This document shows, piece after piece, positions 54,322-64,000 of a stretch of DNA of 64,000 nt. The stretch is from the NCBI GenBank assembly GCA_951406725.2, contig OX597816.1, positions 167,214,001 to 167,278,000 on the forward strand, given 5' to 3'. Origin of the DNA: Octopus vulgaris. Lineage: Eukaryota. Every line of letters starts with the position of its first letter. Within the stretch, counting starts at the first letter, position 1. A program made the translations under genes and the position numbers. The notes beneath the pieces were generated by a model. The model saw only the letters and a list, made by a program, of their open reading frames with translations. It was not told where the DNA came from and searched no databases.

Positions 54322-54700
54322 CTTTTGTTTCAGTCATTTGACTGTGGCCATGCTGGAGCACCCCCTTTAGTTGAACAAATCGACCCCAGAACTTATTCTT
54401 TGTAAGCATGATACTTATTCTATCGGTTCCTTTTGCAGAAACGTTAAGTTATGGGGAAGTAAACACACCAACATCGGTTGACAAGCGATGGTAGGGGGAC
54501 AAACAGACACAAATATCACACACACACATATATACACGACGGGCTTCTTTCAGTTTCCGTCTACCAAATCCACACACAAGGCTTTGGATGGCCCGAGGCT
54601 ATAGTAGAAGGCACTTGCCCAAGGTGCCACGTAGTGGGAATGAACCTGGAACTATACAGTGGGGAAGCAAGCTTCTTACCACACAGCCATTCCTGCGCCT
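54322..54700 (-). mobile_element. SINE family B
   Basis: Colinear with 39241-39611. Confidence 0.8.
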
Positions 54701-55045
54701 GTTTATCGTAATACAAAGACATTATTTTGTGTGGCTATCAAAATATATAGAAATAATTTCACGATCCATATAACGAGTTCATTAAATGTACGTGTCTATG
54801 GAGGTACTTGTGATCATGGTTTATAGTCCAAGTGGAAATAACTGTGACAGTTAAGTAAGAGTTACTCCCCTTTAATACCATTTTCTTTTCCTGGCAAAGA
54901 GAGTAATGTGGTTGGCTGTCCTGCTAGAAATATCAACCAAAAATCTCCCTTAAATATCTTATTTGTTGCAACCATGCTGGGGCACTGCCTCGAAGAATTT
55001 TAGTCGAACGAATCGACCCCATTAATTTCTTTTAAGCCTGATATT

Positions 55046-55510
55046 TTGCTGGCAACAAAGGGCTTCTCTCTCAGATTGAAAAGCAGACTGTTTGATGCCT
55101 GTGTGAGAACAGCTATGCTGCATAGCAGTGAAACATGGGCTTTGACAGCCAAGGACATGCATAGGCTTGAGAGAAATGAAGCCAGTATGCTTCGCTGGAT
55201 GTGCAATGTTAGTGTGCATGTATGACAGAGTGTAAGCATCTTGAGAGAAAAGTTAGGCGTAAGAGGAATCAGATGTGGTGTGGAAGAGAGATGACTGCGC
55301 TGGTATGGTCATGTGATGTGTATAGATGAGGTCAGCTGTGTAAAGAAGTGCTGGTCTCTAACTGTGGAGGGAATCTATGGTAGCGGTAGACCCAGGAGGG
55401 CATGGGACGAAGTGGTGAAGCATGATTTTCAGACTTTGAGCTTCACAAAGGCAATGACTGATGACCGAGAGACATTTAGTGATGTGCTGTGCTTGAGAGG
55501 ACCCATCAAG
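55046..55510 (+). mobile_element. RTE-clade LINE 3' fragment (ORF C-terminus)
   Basis: Translates to ...ETWALT...MLRWMC...LRWYGHV...GSGRPRRAWDEVVKHD, characteristic RTE C-terminal motifs, with internal stops. Confidence 0.85.
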
Positions 55511-57372
55511 CCAAGTGAAATAACAATGGTAACTGGTATCCGTCCTGGTGGCACATAAAGAACATCTTTCGAGCGTTGGGCCTCACAGAGGCAAAGTGGC
55601 TGAGCTTCTTTCGAAAGTTGGGCTTCAAGGAGGCAAAACGGCTGAGCTCCTTTTGAGCATTGGGCCTCACGGAGGCAATGACCAAGATCTTTGGCATTAT
55701 GTTGTGCTTGAGAAGAAGATCCATCAAACTGAGCAAAATCGCAGTTGTGGAAGATACCGGTGTCATGCAAATGGAGAGGTTGGCATTAGGAAGGGCATCC
55801 AGCCGTAGAAAGCAATGCCAAATCAGACTGGAGTCTGGTGCAGCCTTCAAGCATGCCAGCCCAGTCAACCTGTCCAACCCATGCCAGCATAGACAATGGA
55901 CGCTAAATGATGATGATGACTTACTCTATTGGTTTATTTTGTACAACCTCTAAATTATGGGGATGTAAACACATTTACACCAGTTGCCCTGCGGTGGTGA
56001 CACACACACACATAACAGGCTTTTTTCAGTTTCCGTCTATGAAATCCACTCACAAGGCTTTGGTTGACCCGAGGTTATAGTTGAAGACATGTGCCCAAGG
56101 TGCCAGGCAATGGGACTGAGCCTGGAACCAGGTGATTAAGAAGCAAACTTCTTATCACACAGCCAAGAAGGATATACTGGAGGATTATTTCAACAAGTGC
56201 AAAAAGACAGGATGGTCATGCCTGGCTTGAGATTCTGAACAAGAACAATTTAACTCTTTGGCATTCAGAGTCATCTGTCAAATGAAGTGCTTTTTTTTAT
56301 TTGTATAGTTTTGAATTTATAATGCATTATCTCATAGCTTTGAGATTTCAATGATGTGATTGTTTAGTTTCAAAATGGCATTGTAGGGTGAGTGTGAAAG
56401 GTCAGATCTGGATGATTTAAAGATAAAACAGGTGATATATTTTGGCCAAAAACCTCCAGAGTTCCAGAGCTGCAGGCTCACCACCAAATGCTGTTTGATA
56501 CCTTGAACAAGGCCAGATGGATTACCGAGATAAAGAATATAAGCACAACCAGTAGGCATCAAAGATGACATCTAAGAAAGAGAAACTAAGTATGGTTTTT
56601 ATTCAATAGGGTGGGGGTCTGGATTACTCTGGATCCAATCAATTGGTTTACTTCTTAGACAGGAATGACCTGCAGAGATCATCATCAATTAACATGTTTT
56701 TCATGTTGGCATGGGTTGGATAGTTTGACAGGAGCTGACAAGTGAGAGGACTGCACTAGGCTCCAGTCTAATTTGGCAGACTTTCTATGGCTGGATGCCC
56801 TTCCTAACATGCCAACCACTTTACAGTGTGTGCTGGGTGTCATTGCAACTGTCCTAACTAGTGTTGCAATGACCTTGACAAATAAGTAACACTTCCAGAT
56901 GCTTCAGTGGTTGTAGAACAACAAATTTTATACAACGCCCACAACTAAATTCCACCCCTGCCACGGGTACTACCACCCCTCCCACAAGCAGCTCAACCAA
57001 TACAACCACAATTATAGATACTATCATCAACCTCCACCACAATCACCACTTTCCCCAACACCACCACCACATCCACTACAACCATCGCATCTCCCCACCC
57101 ATTTCCTGTAGTCCCCCTCTTTCCACCTCATCTGATATCGTATGACAAGTGAAGCGTAACAGACAGAATTATTTATGCAAGGTTAGAGGTCAAAAGCCAT
57201 GAGACAAGATTTCTCATTCATTGATATTATTATTATTATTATCATTTGGTTAACCTGATCAGTTTCAGGGAATCTCACAAAGTCTCATAACAGGTTTTGT
57301 TTGCTTTATATATATATATATATATATAAACACACATACAGACACAAATATACACACACATATAGATATATA

Positions 57373-58626
57373 CAGAAGGTCGAATAAAATAATGGAAGCA
57401 TCATAGCATCATAATTTTGAAATATCTATAAAACCAGTTATTTTTATGTTTTTTGATTTATTATTAGTGTTGATTAATATGTTTTGTTAAAATTGCTGTT
57501 TCTTTTCAGATATCATCAGAAAAAGGTAATTAAAATTCATTCAAATGACAAATTTATCGAACTTTCAAAGAGATTAAATTGTTGGTGCTCATATGGCAGG
57601 TGCTAGTATAACGTAAACAGTTGAAATGTTTGGTGTATCAAGAAATACTGTCTTCAAAGTAATGACAGCCTTTAAGAAAGAAGGAAAAACCTCCTTGTCA
57701 AAATAAAACTCCAGAAGAAAACCAAAACTTTCAGATAGGGACCATTGGACTCTTACACTAATTGTTAGAAAGGATCACAAAATTACAGCTCCCAAAACTA
57801 CTGCAGAACTTAATGACCACCTCAAGAACCCAGTTTCCACAAAAACTGTTCGTTGGGAGCTGCACAAAGCCAGATTTTATGGGCTGCAATCAGGAAACCA
57901 CTACTTTCAAAAACAAACGTTGCAAAGTTTGATCAGTGGAGTAAAAACCTACAGAATTGGTCCCTAGAGCAGTGGAAGAATGATATTTTCTTGGACAAGT
58001 CATCCTTTACCTTATTTCTGACCACAGGCCGAGTATACATGTGGAGACAGCCAAAAGAAGTATTTGACTCAGACTACCTTCTTCCAACTGTTACACATGG
58101 AGGATATGTGATGATCTGGGGGGGGGGGGGGGCTATATCTTGGAAATCTGCCAGCTCAATGGTTTCCCTTCATGACAGAATTAATAGTCAAGACCATTTA
58201 TGCATTTTATCTGATCAAATTCATCCTATGGTTGCGGAACTGTTTCCATAAGGAAACGTAATCTTTCAGGATGATAATGCACCAATTCACACAGCTAAAG
58301 TTGTTACTGAATGGCACGAAGAACATTCTAGTGAAGCTGAACATCTTATCTGGCCACCACAGTTTCCAGATCTCAATATTATTGAACATTTATGGTGCAT
58401 TTTAGAAAAACAAGTAAGGAGTCGATATCCTCCACCATCATCACTACAACAACTGGAGACTGTTTTAGCTGAAGAATGGACAAAATGTTTTTGGAAACAA
58501 TTCAAACTTTGTACGAGTTTGAATACCTTGAAGAATTCAAGCCGTAATTACAGCCAAAGGCAGTCCTACCCCATATTAAAATAAATTTGTTTGAAAATTT
58601 AAGGTGTTTCCATTATTTTGTCCCTG
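57373..58626 (+). mobile_element. Full-length decayed Tc1-like DNA transposon, DD36E spacing (Incomer-like)
   Basis: TA flanks; imperfect TIRs (CAG...AAAATAATGGAAGCA / TGTTTCCATTATTTT...CTG); about 1.25 kb; contains a transposase pseudogene. Confidence 0.9.
57545..58579 (+). pseudogene. Tc1-family transposase pseudogene with stops and frameshifts
   Basis: HTH-like N-terminus, RRKPKLS, RKPLLS, IFLDKSSF, VMIWG, IFQDDNAPIH, WPPQFPDLNIIEHLW motifs. Confidence 0.9.
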
Positions 58627-58694
58627 TATGTATTTGTTTAAAGGGTGGGGGAAGAGATGATGTGGCATAAGCAATATAATGTCCTTGCTTACCA

Positions 58695-58729
<35 letters not shown>

Positions 58730-59151
58730 GTTTGTGTGTCCACATGTATATGTTGTGAGTGTGTGTATGTGCAAGTGCATGAATAAGTACATGTATGTAC
58801 ACTTGAGTACATGCACTTTTGCATGCATGTGTGCATGTACAAGTGTATATGTATGTAAGTGTGCATGTGAGTATATGCATGTGTGTGTATGCATATGAGC
58901 AAAATGTACACATAAAACACAAAAGCCAAAATTCCTTTCAGTTCTGAAAAGTCTTTAAAACCAAAGTTAATTAAATAAAGTGATCCCTAAAATTCGTTGT
59001 TGTTGTTTCTGGCATAAGACAAGGCCCCAAATTTGTATTCTGTTTGCACGGATTGGACAGAATTTGTTGAAGCAGATTTTCTTTTGCCGATGCCCTTCTT
59101 ATCACCAACTCTCATCTGTTTCCAAGTAAGGTTAATATTTCCCTATGATAG

Positions 59152-59370
59152 GAGGCGAGCTGGCAGAATCGTTAGCACGCCAGGCGAAATACTTAGCGTA
59201 TTTCATTTGCCATTACGTTCTGAGTTCAAATTTCACCGAGGTCAACTTTGCTTTCATCCTTTCGGGTCGATTAAATAAGTACCAGTTACACACTGGGGTT
59301 GATGTAACTGACTTAATCCCTTTGTCTGTCCCATCTATGTTTAGTTCCCCCGTGGGCAATAAGGAAATAA
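59152..59370 (+). mobile_element. SINE family A inserted in another repeat
   Basis: Family A sequence with ATATTTCCC on both flanks, a likely target duplication. Confidence 0.8.
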
Positions 59371-59701
59371 ATATTTCCCCATGACCAGATTTGTTTTCAT
59401 AGAAAACTGAAAAATGAAGGAGACAGCTTGCATGATGGTGACACAACTGTCACGTGGTGTCAAAGCGAGGAAACACACACAAAGCAGGTTTCTTTCAATT
59501 TCTGTCTACAAAATCCACACATAAAACTTAGGTCACCTTGGGGCAATAGAAATTTGCCCTAAGTGCCACATAATGGAACTGAACCTGAAACCATGTGGTT
59601 GGGAAGCAAACTTCTTAACCACACAGCCATTGCCATCACCCGTGTGTGTACGAGTGTGTGCATATGTTTGTATGCGCGCGCGCGCGTGCATGCGTGCATG
59701 C

Positions 59702-59742
<41 letters not shown>

Positions 59743-60339
59743 TACTAGGGCCAAGATACAAAGATGAAAAAAACTAAATGTGAACTCCAAACCCAAGTTT
59801 CCCCACACCTTAGACAAGGTGCTGGTGGTACGTAAAAAGCAAAATCCAAATGTCAAGGCTTGCTTGACTGGCTCCTGTGCTGGTGGCACAGAAAAAGCAC
59901 TATATGAGCGTGATTGATGCCAGGCCTGCCTGACTGGCTCCTGTGCCAGTGGCATGTAAAAAGCACTATCCGGACGTGATAAATGCAGGCTCCTGTGCTG
60001 GTGGCACGTAAAAGGCACTATCCAAATGTGATCAATGCCAGGCCCACCTGACTGGATCCTGTGCCGGTGGCACGTAAAAAGCGCACCCATTACACTCTCA
60101 GAGTGGTTAGCGTTAGGAAGGACATCCAGCTGTAGAAACATTGCCAGATCAGATTGGAGCCCAGTGCAGCCTTTTGGTTTCTCAGACCTCAGTCAAACCG
60201 TTCAACCAAGCCAGCATAGAAAACAGACATTAAACGATGATGATTCATTAAATAAAAAGACATTTTCTTGAATATACCAAGACACAAATCAATGAAGAAA
60301 CAATCCTATTTTGGTTGTGAGAGTCAACATTGTTTTTAC

Positions 60340-60436
60340 CTGTGGACCTTCTCGGTCGTTTCTGAAAACTGGCGTAACAATTCTTCGTTTTGTCGTTTTG
60401 ATACTTCTTGGATAAACAACTAAGATTTCAAACCAC
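60340..60436 (-). CDS. MPRIP: Coding exon, end of PH1 (helix with conserved Trp) and basic tail
   Basis: TTTTTAG acceptor, CAG|GTAAAA donor. 97 nt (phase 2 to 0) complete the AG+G Arg codon from the previous exon, then WFEILVVYPRSIKTTKRRIVTPVFRNDREGPQ, compare MPRIP WLEMLMVYPR. Confidence 0.88.
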
Positions 60437-62128
60437 CTAAAAACAGACAATAAAACAACACAATTAGAAATTCCAGTGTTTAAGGTCGTGTTTTTGCTAT
60501 TTTTCTAAACGATTTTGAGAATAAAACAATATTGTTATATAATTCAACTTGTGCAACTATATTAAATATTAAGTCATTCAGAAATTAAAAAAAAATTGGC
60601 TGGCTAATTGAATTTTACCTGAACCAAGCAAGTGATTCATGGAAAATGCCAGACACATTTCTGCCTTTTTTTGGGTCTTGTTAATGCTATGTAACACCTA
60701 GCTACATGCTTAGATGGGGTTCATCCCCTCAGCACCCAGTCCACTTTGTAAAGTGGTTGGTGTTAGGAAGGGCATCTAGCTATAGAAACCATGCCAAAAC
60801 AGACAAATGGAGCTAGGTGCAGATTATTTGTTGAAAGTTACTGCCTTTACTGCAATTAATTTTTTAAATAATGAATTTAGTACAACAAATTTTTCCTTAT
60901 TAAGTTAAAGTTAGGAATATAAATTAACACAAAATATTGATCCCTTTAAAACAAGAAGCTTGTACTACAGAACCCAGAGTGAGAAGAGAGTCACAGTCAA
61001 TTTGATGTGAAAAGGGTTAATAATGTCTACTTCTGGTAGCTAATCTGTTTCCAAAACATGTGACCAGATTGCAGATTTATTAAATTAACAACCAGCTGTC
61101 GAATACTGGAGGTTGAATAAACAGTTTACAAGCTAATGAGATTCTCAAATCAATTATTGAATCTAATGGTCAATTTCAGACTAAACTAATGCATATTCAG
61201 AAATTACATACACTCAACTGTCCTACATACAAGGCTTGGCCATATTCAGGTGATTTTTTTACCTGAAATTTAGGTTAATCATCAGTATGCAGAACAGAGT
61301 CAAGTCAAAAATCTGGTTGTTGTAAAACAGATTTTTGTTGTAGGGAAGAGAGAACAAATATTCCAGCAAGGCCAGAACTAGAATTAATAATTCATATTAA
61401 ATCCTATGAAATCAACACCTGACAGTAGCTAGCTTAACCCTTTCATTTCTTATTTCTGTGGAGATGCTCTGTGTTTCTTTCAATTACTTTAAATATAACA
61501 AAGAATTTAGTAAAATAACTTAGTTATCATTAAGCTAGTTTTAGGGACATAAATTGTGATTAAGGTTTGGAGGAAGATTTTAATTCAATACTTATGAAAA
61601 TAAGACATTTGTATACAGAGCCAGAGGCAGTTTCTGCCAGGTTGGTATCAAAAGGGTTTAGAATTGTTTTTATTATATATTTTTAACCCTTTTGTTACCA
61701 TATTTCTGTTGAGATGCTCTGTGATTCTTTAATTACTTTAAATATAACAAAGAATTTAGTAAAATAACTTAGTTATCATTAAGCTAGTTTTAGGGACATA
61801 AATTGTGATTAAGGTTTGGAGGAAGATTTTAATTCAATACTTATGAAATCAACACCTGACAGTGAAGCTAGCTTAACCCTTTCATTTCTGTATTTCTGTG
61901 GAGATGCTCTGTGTTTCTTTCAATTACTTTAAATATAACAAAGAATTTAGTAAAATAACTTAGTTATCATTAAGCTAGTTTTAGGGACATAAATTGTGAT
62001 TAAGGTTTGGAGGAAGATTTTAATTCAATACTTATGAAAACAAGACATTTGTACTACAGAGCCAGAGGTAGTTTCTGCCAGGTTGGTATCAAAAGGGTTT
62101 AGAATTGTTTTGCTATTATATATTTTAA

Positions 62129-62349
62129 CCCTTTTGTTACCATATTTCTGTTGAGATGCTCTGTGATTCTTTCAATTACTTTAAATATAACAAAGAATTT
62201 AGTAAAATAACTTAGTTATCATTAAGTTAGTGCTAGGAACATAAATTGTGACTAAGGTTTGGTGGAAGATTTTAATTCAAAACTTATGAAAACAAGACAT
62301 TTGTACTACTGAACCAGAGCCGGTTTCAGTTGGGTTGGTATCAAAAGGG
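62129..62349. mobile_element. piggyBac-like MITE (best copy of a four-copy cluster at 61434-62353)
   Basis: TTAA|CCCTTTTG ... CAAAAGGG|TTAA termini. Confidence 0.8.
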
Positions 62350-62704
62350 TTAAGAGCAAGGATTGAATATTAAGTTTTTCTACCAGAGCAAGGGATGGAC
62401 AAATCTGCATATATTAAAAGATTACACAGAAAAAAATAAAACACAGACACACACACACACAGAAAACTAAACAGAAGTAGGTCATAATTTCATTGTGCAA
62501 TTCTGCCAAGGTTGACTTTGCATCTCATCCTTTCCGGGTGGATAAAAACCAGTACCAGTTAAACACTGGGGTCAATGTAATCAACTTACATTGGGAAGGG
62601 TGGGTGTGAAGACTGGAATGAATGTCTATTTGCCAATTGGTTGTATGGGGTCTTTTCTTGATGCAGTCTAGGTTGACTGTATGAGGACTGTCTTGATAGC
62701 TTAC

Positions 62705-62856
62705 CTTGAGATTTCCTCTTTGAGTGTGCCTTTAATGTAGTAGGTTTTCTCAGGAATCACTACAGCCAATGAGAGTTGATGTCCAGTATGATTTTCAGCA
62801 TCATAGACATCAACACATTTGTTCATATCAATTTCTCCTTGTGGCACTGTGTCCGG
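62705..62856 (-). CDS. MPRIP: Coding exon, MPRIP/TRIOBP/outspread-like protein, N-terminal PH domain (internal part)
   Basis: Polypyrimidine tract and AATAG acceptor, AG|GTAAGC donor. 152 nt (phase 0 to 2) translate as PDTVPQGEIDMNKCVDVYDAENHTGHQLSLAVVIPEKTYYIKGTLKEEIS, resembling MPRIP PH1 as recalled (PTTLPQGTINMNQCTDVVDGE...). Not in the ORF track. Confidence 0.9.
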
Positions 62857-63179
62857 CTATTTTGAGGAAAAAAGAAAAAAAAAAAAAAACTTAATCATAA
62901 ACATGTACAAAACATCTAACAATACAATAAATACAATATATAAATATAACAATACATAAATCAATTTAACATCCATTTTTCCATGCTGGCATGAATCAGA
63001 CAAATTTTGTTTGAGGTAGATTTTCTATGGCTGGATGCTCTTCCTGTCAAGAACCCTCGCCTGTTTCCCAGCAAGGTAATATTTCCCCACAACTGAACAA
63101 GTGATCCTGGAAGATTGGAAATGAATGACATTCGCCATTTGACAATGACACTCATTTACAACTATTGTGTGACAATAAG

Positions 63180-63225
<46 letters not shown>

Positions 63226-64000
63226 GCTTCTTCCAGTTTTTATCAGCTAAATCCACTCACAAGGCTTTGGTTAGCCCTGAGCAATTGCAGAAACACTTAT
63301 CTGATACGCTGTGCAGTGGGACTGAACCTGAAACCATGAGGTCGAGAAGTAAACTTCTTTACCATCCAGCCATGCTCCTTTAAATTGCTATAGTTCAATT
63401 CTGAGGGTAGATGAGTGGGTTTGATAGACGGAAACTGAAAGAAGCCCATCATGTGTGTGTTTTGACAGCAAGTGGTAGTTGTAAATGAATGTTAATGTTA
63501 TACAAGTCCTTTGTTTCCAATCACCCATGAAAAGATGTCTGGTCAATATTACTTTGCTTGGAAACATAAGGATTGGTGACAGGAAGAGTATCCAGCTGTA
63601 GAAAATTTGCCTCAGCAAATTCCTTTGGACCCATTCAAGCATGGAAAAGTCAACATTAAAACAGTAACAGTTATTCATTTGTTTGTGTATGTGTGTGAGT
63701 GGCATAAATATATATACATATACATACACAGGCTGAAACAGCTGTAAGATCCATTTTATATGTATTATTTTTATGGTATTATATTACTTATTGATGTATA
63801 TTGTTTTATTCTGTATTATTCTGTTGGATTTGGATGTTCCTATTTAATCTAAATAATTAGTTAATAAATTATATGAATTGGTATTATCTGGTAGTTGATG
63901 ATTGAAAGAAGTCTATTTCTCCATTTTCTTATTTTATACATATATATACTCTTTTACTTGTTTCAGTCATTTGACTGCAGCCATGTTGGAGCACCGCCTT

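Overview
AT-rich, microsatellite- and SINE-dense animal genomic DNA; the repeat families suggest a coleoid cephalopod, probably octopus (inference). The whole window lies inside one minus-strand gene. Six GT-AG exons (62705-62856, 60340-60436, 43315-44019, 18786-18854, 17945-17998, 1377-1538) splice in frame and encode parts of two PH domains plus a Ser-rich linker, matching the MPRIP/TRIOBP/outspread family. Start and stop codons lie outside the window. The introns hold tRNA-derived SINEs, RTE and CR1-like LINE tails, a Penelope endonuclease remnant, a decayed full-length Tc1-like DD36E transposon, piggyBac-, Tigger- and hAT-type MITEs, a non-autonomous Helitron and several minisatellites. 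The most unusual signal is a set of unrelated intronic palindromes and short repeats carrying minimal hammerhead-ribozyme-like motifs of the Penelope pLTR type; the best is at 44077-44359. Also notable are a candidate internal non-coding first exon and a candidate alternative terminal exon. Most ORFs in the supplied track are repeat artefacts. Repeat boundaries are approximate.
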